Assembly (NCBI GenBank): GCA_041389025.1
Contig: JAWKSP010000001.1
Location: 192,002-256,001, forward strand
Direction of reading: 5' to 3'
Length of the DNA stretch: 64,000 nucleotides
Source: Minisyncoccota bacterium
GTDB taxonomy: Bacteria; Patescibacteriota; Minisyncoccia; Phycocordibacterales; UBA918
How positions within the stretch are numbered: the first letter of the stretch is position 1; the number at the start of each line of letters is the position of its first letter. Under the pieces are notes generated by a model. That model made no database searches and was not told where the DNA came from. It worked only from the letters and a program-made list of their open reading frames with translations. This document shows positions 37,850-46,963 of this stretch, piece by piece. The translations under genes were made by a program, and so were the position numbers.

Positions 37850-39561
37850 TAGTTGGTAAATACTGTATCTATATTTACTAAATTATCCCAATCATTTATT
37901 TTGCCATCTAAGTAAGGTTCTGTATATTCTGGGGAGTTTCTTATTAGCAGATATTGGTCAATTGCTTTTGGTCCAGCCAACATATCACCACTAGAAACAT
38001 TGTTGGCATAATCAGATGCAATTTTTTCTAGTTCAGCAAATTTATCTAGGATAGTTTGAGCTTCAGCTGCTTGTGTTAGGTAGCCAGCATCTTCTAAAGC
38101 TTTCTTGTATAAACTGATTGTTTTCTTGTATTTGTCGACAACAGCGGCTGAATCGGCATACATAGTATTAAACATACCAAACCATTTATCTTCTTGGGCT
38201 TGAATTTCTGATTCTATATGTAGAGAGTCCAGTCTCTTGAATTCTTGATAGGCTTGAGCGACTGTCTTTGTGCCGTTTTGAACGTCGTTTATTAAGGTTT
38301 GTATATCAGTGATAGCTTTGATTATCTCACCGTTTGGTGAAGCTAATAGGTCATTTTGTATTCGATTGGCTTCAGCTTGGAAAGCTGGTTCTGGTATAGC
38401 AGATAGTACTCTTGCGTAGTTTTGAGCTAGCTGTTGATACTCTTGTTCACGTTTTAGGGCGGCTAGTACCTCGTCAACTATATTCTGTACGATACCGTCT
38501 TTGGTGGCATCTTGATCAATTATTAGTTGGTCTACTGCCGGATTACCACCATAGGTGCTGTAATCAGTATAACCGGTACCGGAAGATAGTCCCAACAAGC
38601 CACTTGCTCCCATTAAAGCTTGTTGTCCGATATTGGCTAACATTGAACCAATTGCTTCACTAAATTCGTCGGCAGCTATTAAACTCTCAACTCCGGCGGT
38701 AAGCTGAAAGTTCAAGGCTTCACTAATAACTTGCCCTGGAGTAGAAACAATACACCTTTCTTTGTTTACACCAAGACTTGATGGGATAACGCTACAAATT
38801 TTGTTAGAAATAAAACCATCAGCAAATTCCAGTAAGTTATTTTCGCTGGTCTCAGCGTTTAATATTTGTACAGCTCCTTCATCTTGAACCGCCAATAAAC
38901 TTCCGTATGGAGTAAAGGTGTTTGATTGGGTGGCTACTCTGTACCATGCATCCCAACCACCGTCATTGAAAGAGCCGTTAATAAAGTTATCTAAGTTGGC
39001 TATTGGACTACCTGGAGCAGACATTGCCAAATCACAGCTTCTTACGCTGTGAACCGGTATGTTGGCGACTCTGGCTTCTCTGTAGGCCTGAGCAAAAGCC
39101 ACTTGCACATTGGCGCGAAAAGGTTGGCAGACAAAACTATTAGCACCAATTTCGTGAATGAATTCACCATAGACTCGGTCAGATATTTCGAGCATATATC
39201 TTTCAATGTCTTGAACAAACATCGGTCTACCCTTAAATCCGGAATTAATCCACGATATTATGTTGTTGGTGATTTCAGCGATAACCATTTTCATGGCAAA
39301 CCAAGCCATGGGGTCAAGGAAGAATTCTTTATAATTTATACTTTGTAATATACCGGCCATGATTCCTGAAAATATATCAATCGACCATAGAAGACCGCGG
39401 TTTATCCATTGAGTTGAGTCTTTGGCATCTATTCCCGCTTCAACTTGTGATATGTTGTTTCCGTGATTCCAAGGTTGTGGTACATAGACACTAACAAACA
39501 TAAAACAAAGAGCAAAAGTCATCATTATGATTTTTTGTACTAGTCGATGAAAATTACTCAT
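37849..39561 (-). CDS. membrane-anchored large extracellular protein (hypothetical; candidate VirB5/VirB8/hydrolase-equivalent)
   Basis: 570 aa; single N-terminal TM; no recognisable catalytic motif. Confidence 0.3.
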   Translation of the reverse strand: MSNFHRLVQKIIMMTFALCFMFVSVYVPQPWNHGNNISQVEAGIDAKDSTQWINRGLLWSIDIFSGIMAGILQSINYKEFFLDPMAWFAMKMVIAEITNNIISWINSGFKGRPMFVQDIERYMLEISDRVYGEFIHEIGANSFVCQPFRANVQVAFAQAYREARVANIPVHSVRSCDLAMSAPGSPIANLDNFINGSFNDGGWDAWYRVATQSNTFTPYGSLLAVQDEGAVQILNAETSENNLLEFADGFISNKICSVIPSSLGVNKERCIVSTPGQVISEALNFQLTAGVESLIAADEFSEAIGSMLANIGQQALMGASGLLGLSSGTGYTDYSTYGGNPAVDQLIIDQDATKDGIVQNIVDEVLAALKREQEYQQLAQNYARVLSAIPEPAFQAEANRIQNDLLASPNGEIIKAITDIQTLINDVQNGTKTVAQAYQEFKRLDSLHIESEIQAQEDKWFGMFNTMYADSAAVVDKYKKTISLYKKALEDAGYLTQAAEAQTILDKFAELEKIASDYANNVSSGDMLAGPKAIDQYLLIRNSPEYTEPYLDGKINDWDNLVNIDTVFTN

Positions 39562-39571
39562 AAGCGCTTAT

Positions 39572-40483
39572 TTATTGAATATTATTTAAATCAGTATTAA
39601 TAGCTACAAACAAAACCGCCGGATCATTGGTGTCGAATTGACTAGCATAAGGAACTAGTACTTCGTACATATTTTCAAGCGCTAACTTTAGACCCAAGGT
39701 ATCATCTTCATATCTTTTAAGTCGAACTAAAGTCAAAAGCGGATCATCCATTATTTGAGACATTCCCTCTACATCCTGCTTTAAAGCATTATAGACATTT
39801 ATTAGGTCCAAATGAACTTTTACTAGTTGTTTAGGTACTGGAACAACTAGGCTGTCATTAATGGTTTTTTGGTAAACGTTAGCTAGTTTATTTAGGTTAT
39901 CTATATCAGTTTGGTATTCACTACCTTCCATTGCTGAATTCATTATGTTTTGCAAGGATTCAATTTCGTATTCAGCATCAGAATCATTGTCTAATATGGC
40001 TGAGGCCATGGCGTTTGCATAAGTACGCACTGCTTCGCCAGAGGTGTCGCTGGAGACTGAAATATCTCTTAAATCATACATTTTGTCCTTCCCTGCTTCT
40101 AGTGCGTCTTTAGCTAATTCTTCAGCTACACTTTCTGGAGTACGTCCAAAAGGGTTGGCGGTTTTTATACTAACGAGGTTTGAAAAAAGGCTGATACCAG
40201 TTTGCCCGGTTAGAGTAGTTGGTAATTCGTAATTAGGATCGATTTCATTTTTTAAATAAATTGGCTCTGGAGTCAAGAATTTTTCTTGCCAATCTTCCAA
40301 ACCATCGTCATTAGAGTCTTTAACATCAATAAACACCCGAGGCGGAGCCTCGCTAACAGCTGCTAGGCTGGCGTCTTTTGGTGCAGAAACCGGATCGGCC
40401 ATGCCTTTTACAACATAAGTACCAGCTACTATTGCAAAACCTACAATAAAAGCACCGACAACTTTGGAATCGAATTGGCCCAT
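39572..40483 (-). CDS. membrane-anchored hypothetical protein (first gene of cluster)
   Basis: 303 aa; N-terminal TM VVGAFIVGFAIVAGTYVV, acidic soluble domain. Confidence 0.3.
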   Translation of the reverse strand: MGQFDSKVVGAFIVGFAIVAGTYVVKGMADPVSAPKDASLAAVSEAPPRVFIDVKDSNDDGLEDWQEKFLTPEPIYLKNEIDPNYELPTTLTGQTGISLFSNLVSIKTANPFGRTPESVAEELAKDALEAGKDKMYDLRDISVSSDTSGEAVRTYANAMASAILDNDSDAEYEIESLQNIMNSAMEGSEYQTDIDNLNKLANVYQKTINDSLVVPVPKQLVKVHLDLINVYNALKQDVEGMSQIMDDPLLTLVRLKRYEDDTLGLKLALENMYEVLVPYASQFDTNDPAVLFVAINTDLNNIQ

Positions 40484-40589
40484 GAAAATATTATAACAGT
40501 AATTGTGTATTACCTGTTAATAATGTGGGACCTACCTGTGTATATAGTTGTTTAAAACAAGTGTCGTTTTTCTGTTAAGAATATTGAAA

Positions 40590-41411
40590 TTATTTAAGAG
40601 CTTTAGTCAAAATAAGCCATTGTTGAAGCGGTAAATCCTCCCCTCTAATTTTATTGTTTATACTAAGTTCAGAAAAAGTTGCTTCTAAGTTAGAACGAGA
40701 ATATTTTTTACTTAAATTACTCAATAATTGCTTACGTTTATTACCTAAACCAAGATGTAGGATTTTGAAAAAATTCTTAATAGAAATTTCCTCAGTAAAG
40801 TTATTATTATTTATATTATCAATTTGTAAAATAGCCGAATCGACTTTTGGTTGAGGTTTAAAATGACCTTTAGTGACGGTTTTTATATAACGTGGTTCAC
40901 CAAAAACTTTTACTGATAAGGATAAGATTGACTCTTTTTTACTGCGAGCAATTCGTTCGGCTAATTCTTTTTGAATTAAGAAAGTAACAGATTTGGGCTG
41001 TTGGTCATTTTCCAGTAAAAAACGTAATAAAAAACCAGATAAATAATAAGGAATATTTGCTACTACTTTAAATTTGTGTTTCCTTAAACCTAAGTCTTTT
41101 AAGGATATATTCTTTATGTCAGCTTCTATAATTGTAAGTTTACCAACTCTTATTTCCTGACTAAAAGTTTCTTTTAGTTTTTCTACTGCTCGTTTATCAG
41201 TTTCAACGGCTAAGACTTTAGAACTTTTTTGTAAAATTGACTTAGTCAGCATACCGGTTCCTGGACCGATTTCTAGTATTGTGTCGTTTTCCTCTAGTTT
41301 AGCGGCTTCACACATCCAATTAGGAACAATGTCACTGGTTAAAAAGTTTTGTCCTAGTGATTTTTTATGTTGGAAACTTTCTTCTGATGTTTTAGATAAG
41401 TCATTCTTCAT
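40590..41411 (-). CDS. rsmA: 16S rRNA (adenine1518/1519-N6)-dimethyltransferase
   Basis: SLGQNFL; SAM-binding ILEIGPGTGMLT; NIPY motif. Confidence 0.85.
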   Translation of the reverse strand: MKNDLSKTSEESFQHKKSLGQNFLTSDIVPNWMCEAAKLEENDTILEIGPGTGMLTKSILQKSSKVLAVETDKRAVEKLKETFSQEIRVGKLTIIEADIKNISLKDLGLRKHKFKVVANIPYYLSGFLLRFLLENDQQPKSVTFLIQKELAERIARSKKESILSLSVKVFGEPRYIKTVTKGHFKPQPKVDSAILQIDNINNNNFTEEISIKNFFKILHLGLGNKRKQLLSNLSKKYSRSNLEATFSELSINNKIRGEDLPLQQWLILTKALK

Positions 41412-41457
41412 GTCGATATTTTTATCAGGTTAGCAAGAAAAACTATATAAATCTAGG

Positions 41458-43422
41458 TTAATCTAAGAAAATAGTCGTTTCGTAGCCGGAGCCGTCACTG
41501 CCAAAACTGGTTGGATTAGAGCTTTCAACATGCTCTTGGTCGATGTCGTTTAAAAAAGATGAGGGTACATTTACTCTTTGACTGCCATAAATAGTACGCA
41601 TATGAGCATAAGATAAAAAGAGTTTTTTAATGGCTCTGGTTAAAGCTACATAAAAAAGTCTTCGTTCTTCTTCATGGTCTATACCAGTATCATCTAGTCT
41701 CTCGTGTGGGAATAGCCCTTCCTCTAAACCACAAATAAAAACATAAGGAAATTCCAAACCTTTAGCGGCGTGTACGGTCATCAGTCTAACAGCATCTTGC
41801 TCCTCTTTGTTCTTTAGTTCATCTTGATCACTTTGTAGGCTAACTGTTTCTAGGAAACTTTCTATCGCTTCTTCTGGGTCTAGCTGATCGTAACGTTGGC
41901 CTAATGTAACTAGTTCTTGTAGATTTTCTAGTCGAGATAAGTCGTCTTCGGTACCGTTTTTCTTTAATTCGGTTTCTATTCCGCTTCGTTTAATAATAAA
42001 TTTTAAAGTTTCTGATAAAGGTTTAGTTCTAGCTTCGTCGGCAATATCTTGCATTAGTTGGTCGAATCGACTGACTTTTTCTAAAGTGGCTCCAGTTATT
42101 TCTGATCTTTTCCCTTCTACAACCTTAAGCATAGTTACTTTTCCGATACCACGAGTCGGATAGTTTATGATTCTGGTCAAATCAGCGACATTATTTGGGT
42201 TTAAAGATAATCGTAAGTAAGATAAAACATCTTTTATTTCTTTTCGGTCAAAGAATTTAGTCCCTAGTAACTGGTAAGCTACACCATAGTTTAAAAAAGC
42301 TTCTTCTAAAACACGTGACTGGAAGTTGGTTCTATACAATACAGCTATTTCAGACGGACTAACTCCTTCTTTTATCAAGCTATCAGCTTTTAAAGCTATA
42401 TATTCTGCTTCATCAATACCGTTCATAGCGGCGTAAAGGTTGATTTTTTCACCAATATCATTGTTGGTAAACACTTCTTTATGAACGCGGTTTTTATTTT
42501 TCTCTATTACTTGGTTGGAAGCGGCAATGATAGTTTTGGTAGAGCGATAATTTTCTTCAAGGAGAATAGTTTTTGCTCTAGGGAATTCTTTTTCAAATTG
42601 TAAGACGTTTTTTATATCAGCTCCACGCCAAGAATAAATATTTTGATCAATATCCCCTACTACACAAATATTTTGTGGTTGCCCAGCCAATAATTTTGCT
42701 GTAGTAAATTGAACAGCGTTGGTGTCTTGGTACTCATCAATATGAATATAGAGATATTTTTTTTGTAACTCTTCTTTAACAAATGGATAGGTTCTTAATA
42801 AGTGTAAAGTTTTAGACAATAAATCATCAAAATCTAAGGCATGCTCTTGGTTTAAACTATTTTCATAGTGTTCCCAGACCTCACCAGCTACTTGGTCTGG
42901 AAAACCAGTAGCTGATTGTTTGAATTCTGTAACTGATATAGCATCACCTTTGGCTTTAGAAATACGGCTAAGAATTTTTTTTGGTTCAAATTCCTTAGGA
43001 TTATAATTGGCTTTTTCGATAGCTAATTTAACAGTACGTAAACTGTCGGAGCGGTCATAAATAGTAAAATGACGAGGTAAATTAAGGGTTTTATGGTATT
43101 CACGCAAAATTCTAACTCCCAAAGCGTGAAAGGTAGTGACCGTCGGTAATGAGTCTAAGGCGGCTCGATTGGAAGGCGGGTATTGTTTTACTAAAGTTTC
43201 TACTCGCTCTCGCATTTCTTTAGCGGCTTTATTGGTAAAGGTAACTGCCAATATGTTGTGAGGGGCAATTCCTTGATGGATTAGATGGACAATTCGGTGG
43301 GTGATTACTCTGGTTTTACCGGAGCCAGCTCCCGCCAAAACCAGCAAAGGTCCTTTTGTATAGAGTACAGCTTCTTTTTGTGCTTCATTAAGTCCTTCTA
43401 GGTACGGTGGGTGGTTTTGCAT
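41458..43422 (-). CDS. pcrA: ATP-dependent DNA helicase PcrA/UvrD family
   Basis: 654 aa; motif I AGAGSGKT, II (DEYQDTN), III, V, VI TVHAAKGLEF. Confidence 0.9.
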   Translation of the reverse strand: MQNHPPYLEGLNEAQKEAVLYTKGPLLVLAGAGSGKTRVITHRIVHLIHQGIAPHNILAVTFTNKAAKEMRERVETLVKQYPPSNRAALDSLPTVTTFHALGVRILREYHKTLNLPRHFTIYDRSDSLRTVKLAIEKANYNPKEFEPKKILSRISKAKGDAISVTEFKQSATGFPDQVAGEVWEHYENSLNQEHALDFDDLLSKTLHLLRTYPFVKEELQKKYLYIHIDEYQDTNAVQFTTAKLLAGQPQNICVVGDIDQNIYSWRGADIKNVLQFEKEFPRAKTILLEENYRSTKTIIAASNQVIEKNKNRVHKEVFTNNDIGEKINLYAAMNGIDEAEYIALKADSLIKEGVSPSEIAVLYRTNFQSRVLEEAFLNYGVAYQLLGTKFFDRKEIKDVLSYLRLSLNPNNVADLTRIINYPTRGIGKVTMLKVVEGKRSEITGATLEKVSRFDQLMQDIADEARTKPLSETLKFIIKRSGIETELKKNGTEDDLSRLENLQELVTLGQRYDQLDPEEAIESFLETVSLQSDQDELKNKEEQDAVRLMTVHAAKGLEFPYVFICGLEEGLFPHERLDDTGIDHEEERRLFYVALTRAIKKLFLSYAHMRTIYGSQRVNVPSSFLNDIDQEHVESSNPTSFGSDGSGYETTIFLD

Positions 43423-43822
43423 AAAGTTAATGTAAACAAGATACTACCATAACTCAAATTAAAAAAATGGTTATGATAGTGGAAGAGGTAGACTTAGATG
43501 GAATTAATTTCTAATTTTATTAGAAATTAATTATAATTATATGTCAATATAAATTATAAGGCTCTAAACTTGTTTATTTTAAGTTTATAAAAATTTTCCC
43601 AAATATATAAAAAACGTCAATTGTGTTTAAGTTATTGTTTAGTAAAATTATCCGCATACCTTAAATATCAATAGGTAACTTTACTTAGAGCATTTTGGCT
43701 CTATTTTATTTCAGATAGTATGTAGTGACTAGCTCGGCGGTGCGACCTTAATTAGATTTAATATTCAACCTAATCAACAAGATTCTGATTCTAGTTTTAA
43801 ATCGTCAATTACGGACGGTCAG

Positions 43823-44848
43823 ATGACAAAAGAAAAACATAACAATTCAGCATTTCGTATTGTAGCTGAGTGTGTAGCTTTGTTTTTAATAATTGTAATA
43901 CCATTAACTGTACAGGCAAAATTATTTAGTAAGGACTCAACTAATAAAGGAATAATTTTAGTTGAAACTGGTTTTAATAATTCTCCACTAGATATCCCTC
44001 TGCTCACAGCTGAACACAATCCAGATCCACACAACAACCTCGGTGGTGCTGAGGTGGTAGTAGAAGATGGAGCTTTGGTCTCTTCCGGTCCGGTCGGCGA
44101 AGATGTAATTGCTTTAAACCGTACTTCAACCGGAGAGATAAGTATTTATACTGTTCGTGAAGGTGATACTTTATCTCATATTGCTGATATGTATGGTGTT
44201 ACTGCTAATACCATCTTATGGGCTAATGATCTACCAAAAGCTACCAGTATAAGAGAAGGACAAACTTTAGTTATTTTACCGATTGCTGGTGTGCAACATG
44301 TAGTAAAGAGTGGTGATACGGTTAATTCTATTGCTAAAAAATATGACGGTAATGTTGAAGAAATTCTTTCTTATAACCAACTGGCCAGCGCTGATGGTTT
44401 GGTAGTCGGTGAAACTATTGTAGTTCCTGGTGGAGCTATTCACTCCGCTCCAGTTATAAAATCAGCTTCACCAACCAGTGTCTCAGGGTCGGTGGCTGCT
44501 AGTACAGCTGGTTGGACTCACCCAGCTCCTGGGGCTATTAAGTCACAAGGCTTACATGGTTACAATGCCGTTGACTTAGCTGGTTCAGTTGGTTCCTCTA
44601 TTAGAGCTGCCGCTGCTGGTGAAGTGATTGTTTCTAAAAGTTCTGGTTGGAATGGTGGCTATGGACAATATATTGTAATAAAGCACTCTAATGGTACTCA
44701 GACTCTATACGCTCACCTATCAAGTAACAAGGTTGGAGTCGGAGCTTATGTCGGTCAAGGTGAAGTGATTGGTGGTATGGGCAATACTGGAAAATCTACC
44801 GGTTCACACTTGCATTTCGAAGTTCGTGGTGGTAAAAATCCTTTTTAA
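43823..44848 (+). CDS. LysM-domain M23 metallopeptidase (peptidoglycan endopeptidase)
   Basis: N-terminal TM; two LysM repeats (YTVREGDTLSHIA..., HVVKSGDTVNSIA...); M23 HxxxD ...HLHFE zinc motifs (HGYNAVDLAG; GSHLHFEVR). Confidence 0.85.
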   Translation: MTKEKHNNSAFRIVAECVALFLIIVIPLTVQAKLFSKDSTNKGIILVETGFNNSPLDIPLLTAEHNPDPHNNLGGAEVVVEDGALVSSGPVGEDVIALNRTSTGEISIYTVREGDTLSHIADMYGVTANTILWANDLPKATSIREGQTLVILPIAGVQHVVKSGDTVNSIAKKYDGNVEEILSYNQLASADGLVVGETIVVPGGAIHSAPVIKSASPTSVSGSVAASTAGWTHPAPGAIKSQGLHGYNAVDLAGSVGSSIRAAAAGEVIVSKSSGWNGGYGQYIVIKHSNGTQTLYAHLSSNKVGVGAYVGQGEVIGGMGNTGKSTGSHLHFEVRGGKNPF

Positions 44849-44888
44849 TCTAAAGTGTCATAGATTATAAAAACAAATAAAATCCAAA

Positions 44889-44916
44889 ACCAAATCCTGC
44901 ACCTACGGTGTGGGTT
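44889..44916. repeat. degenerate copy of GC-rich palindromic element (cctgcacctacggtgtggg)
   Basis: Matches core cctgcgcctacggcgcagg seen at 54702 and 57403 with 3 substitutions. Confidence 0.4.
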
Positions 44917-45051
44917 TTTACTGTGTTACCTAGGAATATAAAAATCTTTTCCAATGTATTTACGTAAAGCGCCTGCTTTAGCTTTAGAACACTCCAAGGT
45001 TATTTTAATATTTGTTTTATTACTGAAAATATTTTTTAATTTGTGTAGTTT

Positions 45052-46566
45052 CTATATTTGTACTCTATACTGCAACGCCTCTAGTACATGTTTAGTTTCT
45101 ATTTCATCAGCTTCATCTAGGTCGGCAATAGTACGAGCGACTTTGATTAGTCTGTGATAACTGCGGGGTGAGAGGTTTAGTTTTTGGGAAGAAAGTTTTA
45201 AAAGATCTGATACTTCCGTACTCAAGGTAATGGTGTGGTCGATGTCGCGACTGGTCATCTCGGCGTTGGTGTTTACTCCCCTGCCCTCAAGGCGGTTGCT
45301 TTGGCGAGTGCGAGCGGTAGTGATTTCTTTTCTGGCTTTGTCTGTCTCGTCAGTGGTTCTCTCTAGATTCGATAATGTTTCGTAATCGATGTGTGGTACT
45401 TCGATCCAAAGATCAATGCGGTCTAAGATTGGCCCAGATATCTTACCTTTATACGTTTCTTGCATAGCTCGTGCGAGGTCAGTGGTACCATCTTCGGTAC
45501 CGCGGTACGGGTTCATAGCTGCGATTAGGATAAAATCAGCTGGAAACAAAGCTGTGCCTTGAATGCGAGAAATACTCACTACTCTGTCTTCTAGCGGTTG
45601 ACGAAGAGCGTCTAGACTGCGTCTTTCAAATTCTGGAAATTCGTCCATAAAAAGTACCCCTTTGTGGGCTAGGGTTACTTCCCCAGGCTTTGGATTGGTA
45701 CCACCACCTACAAGTGCCGTATGTGAAGCGGTGTGATGTGGAGCACGAAATGGTGGCGTGTTGGTTATGATTTGGTCACTACCACTTAATGAATGTATAG
45801 CGGTCACAGCTAGAGCATCTTCTCGAGAAAGCGGCGGCAAGAGTCCTTGAAAGGCACGAGCCAGCATAGTCTTACCGGTACCGGGTGGTCCGACTAATAT
45901 TACATTATGGCGACCGGCGGCGGCAATAATAAGCGCTCGTTTGGCACTTTCCTGTCCTTTTATATCTTCTAAGGTTACTTTGCCTTCTGTCCAATTATTA
46001 TTGTCTAAATTAGTAGTTTGTTGTGGTGAGATGATGCTATGTTCGGGGTGGTTTTTATCAATGTGTCTGATTACTTCACTTAAAGTCTTGGCTGGAAATA
46101 TTTCTATCCCCTCTATTAGAGCGGCTTCTTCAGCATTGCACCACGGGACAACAATTTGTTTGTAGCCGTTTTGTTTGGCGGCCATAGTTATGTTTAAAAC
46201 CCCACGAATTGGTCTTAAACTACCGTCGAGTCCGAGTTCACCAACATATAGAGTATTTGGATTACCATTTAGTTCTCCGGTCGCTTCCAGATAAGCGATG
46301 GCAATTGGCAAGTCAAACAAAGGTCCTTCTTTTTTAAGGTCAGCTGGTGAAAGTGAGACAGTGATTTTTTGATTTTTACTTTTTGGAGATTCAAAACCAG
46401 AGTGTTTGATGGCACTACTAATACGGTCTTTAGATTCTTCGATCGCCTTGCCGGCTAGTCCAACAATAGAAAAAGAATGCAGACCTCTGGCTAGGTCTGC
46501 TTCAATTCTGACTACGGTGCCAGACAATATATGTGGTTGGACGGTGTGTACTAAAGCTACGCTCAT
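45052..46566 (-). CDS. comM: YifB/ComM-family Mg-chelatase-like AAA+ ATPase
   Basis: 504 aa; Lon-protease-like N-domain; Walker A GPPGTGKT; Walker B FMDEFPEF; C-terminal Mg_chelatase_C. Confidence 0.85.
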   Translation of the reverse strand: MSVALVHTVQPHILSGTVVRIEADLARGLHSFSIVGLAGKAIEESKDRISSAIKHSGFESPKSKNQKITVSLSPADLKKEGPLFDLPIAIAYLEATGELNGNPNTLYVGELGLDGSLRPIRGVLNITMAAKQNGYKQIVVPWCNAEEAALIEGIEIFPAKTLSEVIRHIDKNHPEHSIISPQQTTNLDNNNWTEGKVTLEDIKGQESAKRALIIAAAGRHNVILVGPPGTGKTMLARAFQGLLPPLSREDALAVTAIHSLSGSDQIITNTPPFRAPHHTASHTALVGGGTNPKPGEVTLAHKGVLFMDEFPEFERRSLDALRQPLEDRVVSISRIQGTALFPADFILIAAMNPYRGTEDGTTDLARAMQETYKGKISGPILDRIDLWIEVPHIDYETLSNLERTTDETDKARKEITTARTRQSNRLEGRGVNTNAEMTSRDIDHTITLSTEVSDLLKLSSQKLNLSPRSYHRLIKVARTIADLDEADEIETKHVLEALQYRVQI

Positions 46567-46582
46567 TGGTACCTATTATAAC

Positions 46583-46963
46583 TTATAGTGGTAAGTTCTG
46601 TTCCTCGTTCATGTGTTCTTTGCAAGTTCTGGCTTCCGGTCTAAAATCAAGCCTTGCCTCTTCAATTTTCTTTTGGCAGATTTCACAGGTGCCAAAAGTG
46701 TCGTCTTCAATTTTTTGTAAAGCTCTTTTTATATTATTGTAATCAATTTCTAAGTCAGACAAAGTAGCTGTATTTTCTTCTAATTCTTCGGCAAAATCAG
46801 CTTTACTGTTTGGATCGGCTTCATTTATGTGTTCAGGTATAACTTCTATCCAATCACCGGTTTTTGGTTCATAAACGCCGAGGGTTTTTAATTCTTCTGT
46901 AATTTTGACTAACTTGTTTTCTAATTCAATTTTATATTTCTTTATGTCTGTCATATCTTTCAC
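46583..46963 (-). CDS. DksA/TraR-family C4 zinc-finger protein (YteA-like)
   Basis: 126 aa; coiled-coil N-half; C-terminal CEICQKKIEEARLDFRPEARTCKEH zinc-finger spacing. Confidence 0.5.
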   Translation of the reverse strand: MKDMTDIKKYKIELENKLVKITEELKTLGVYEPKTGDWIEVIPEHINEADPNSKADFAEELEENTATLSDLEIDYNNIKRALQKIEDDTFGTCEICQKKIEEARLDFRPEARTCKEHMNEEQNLPL

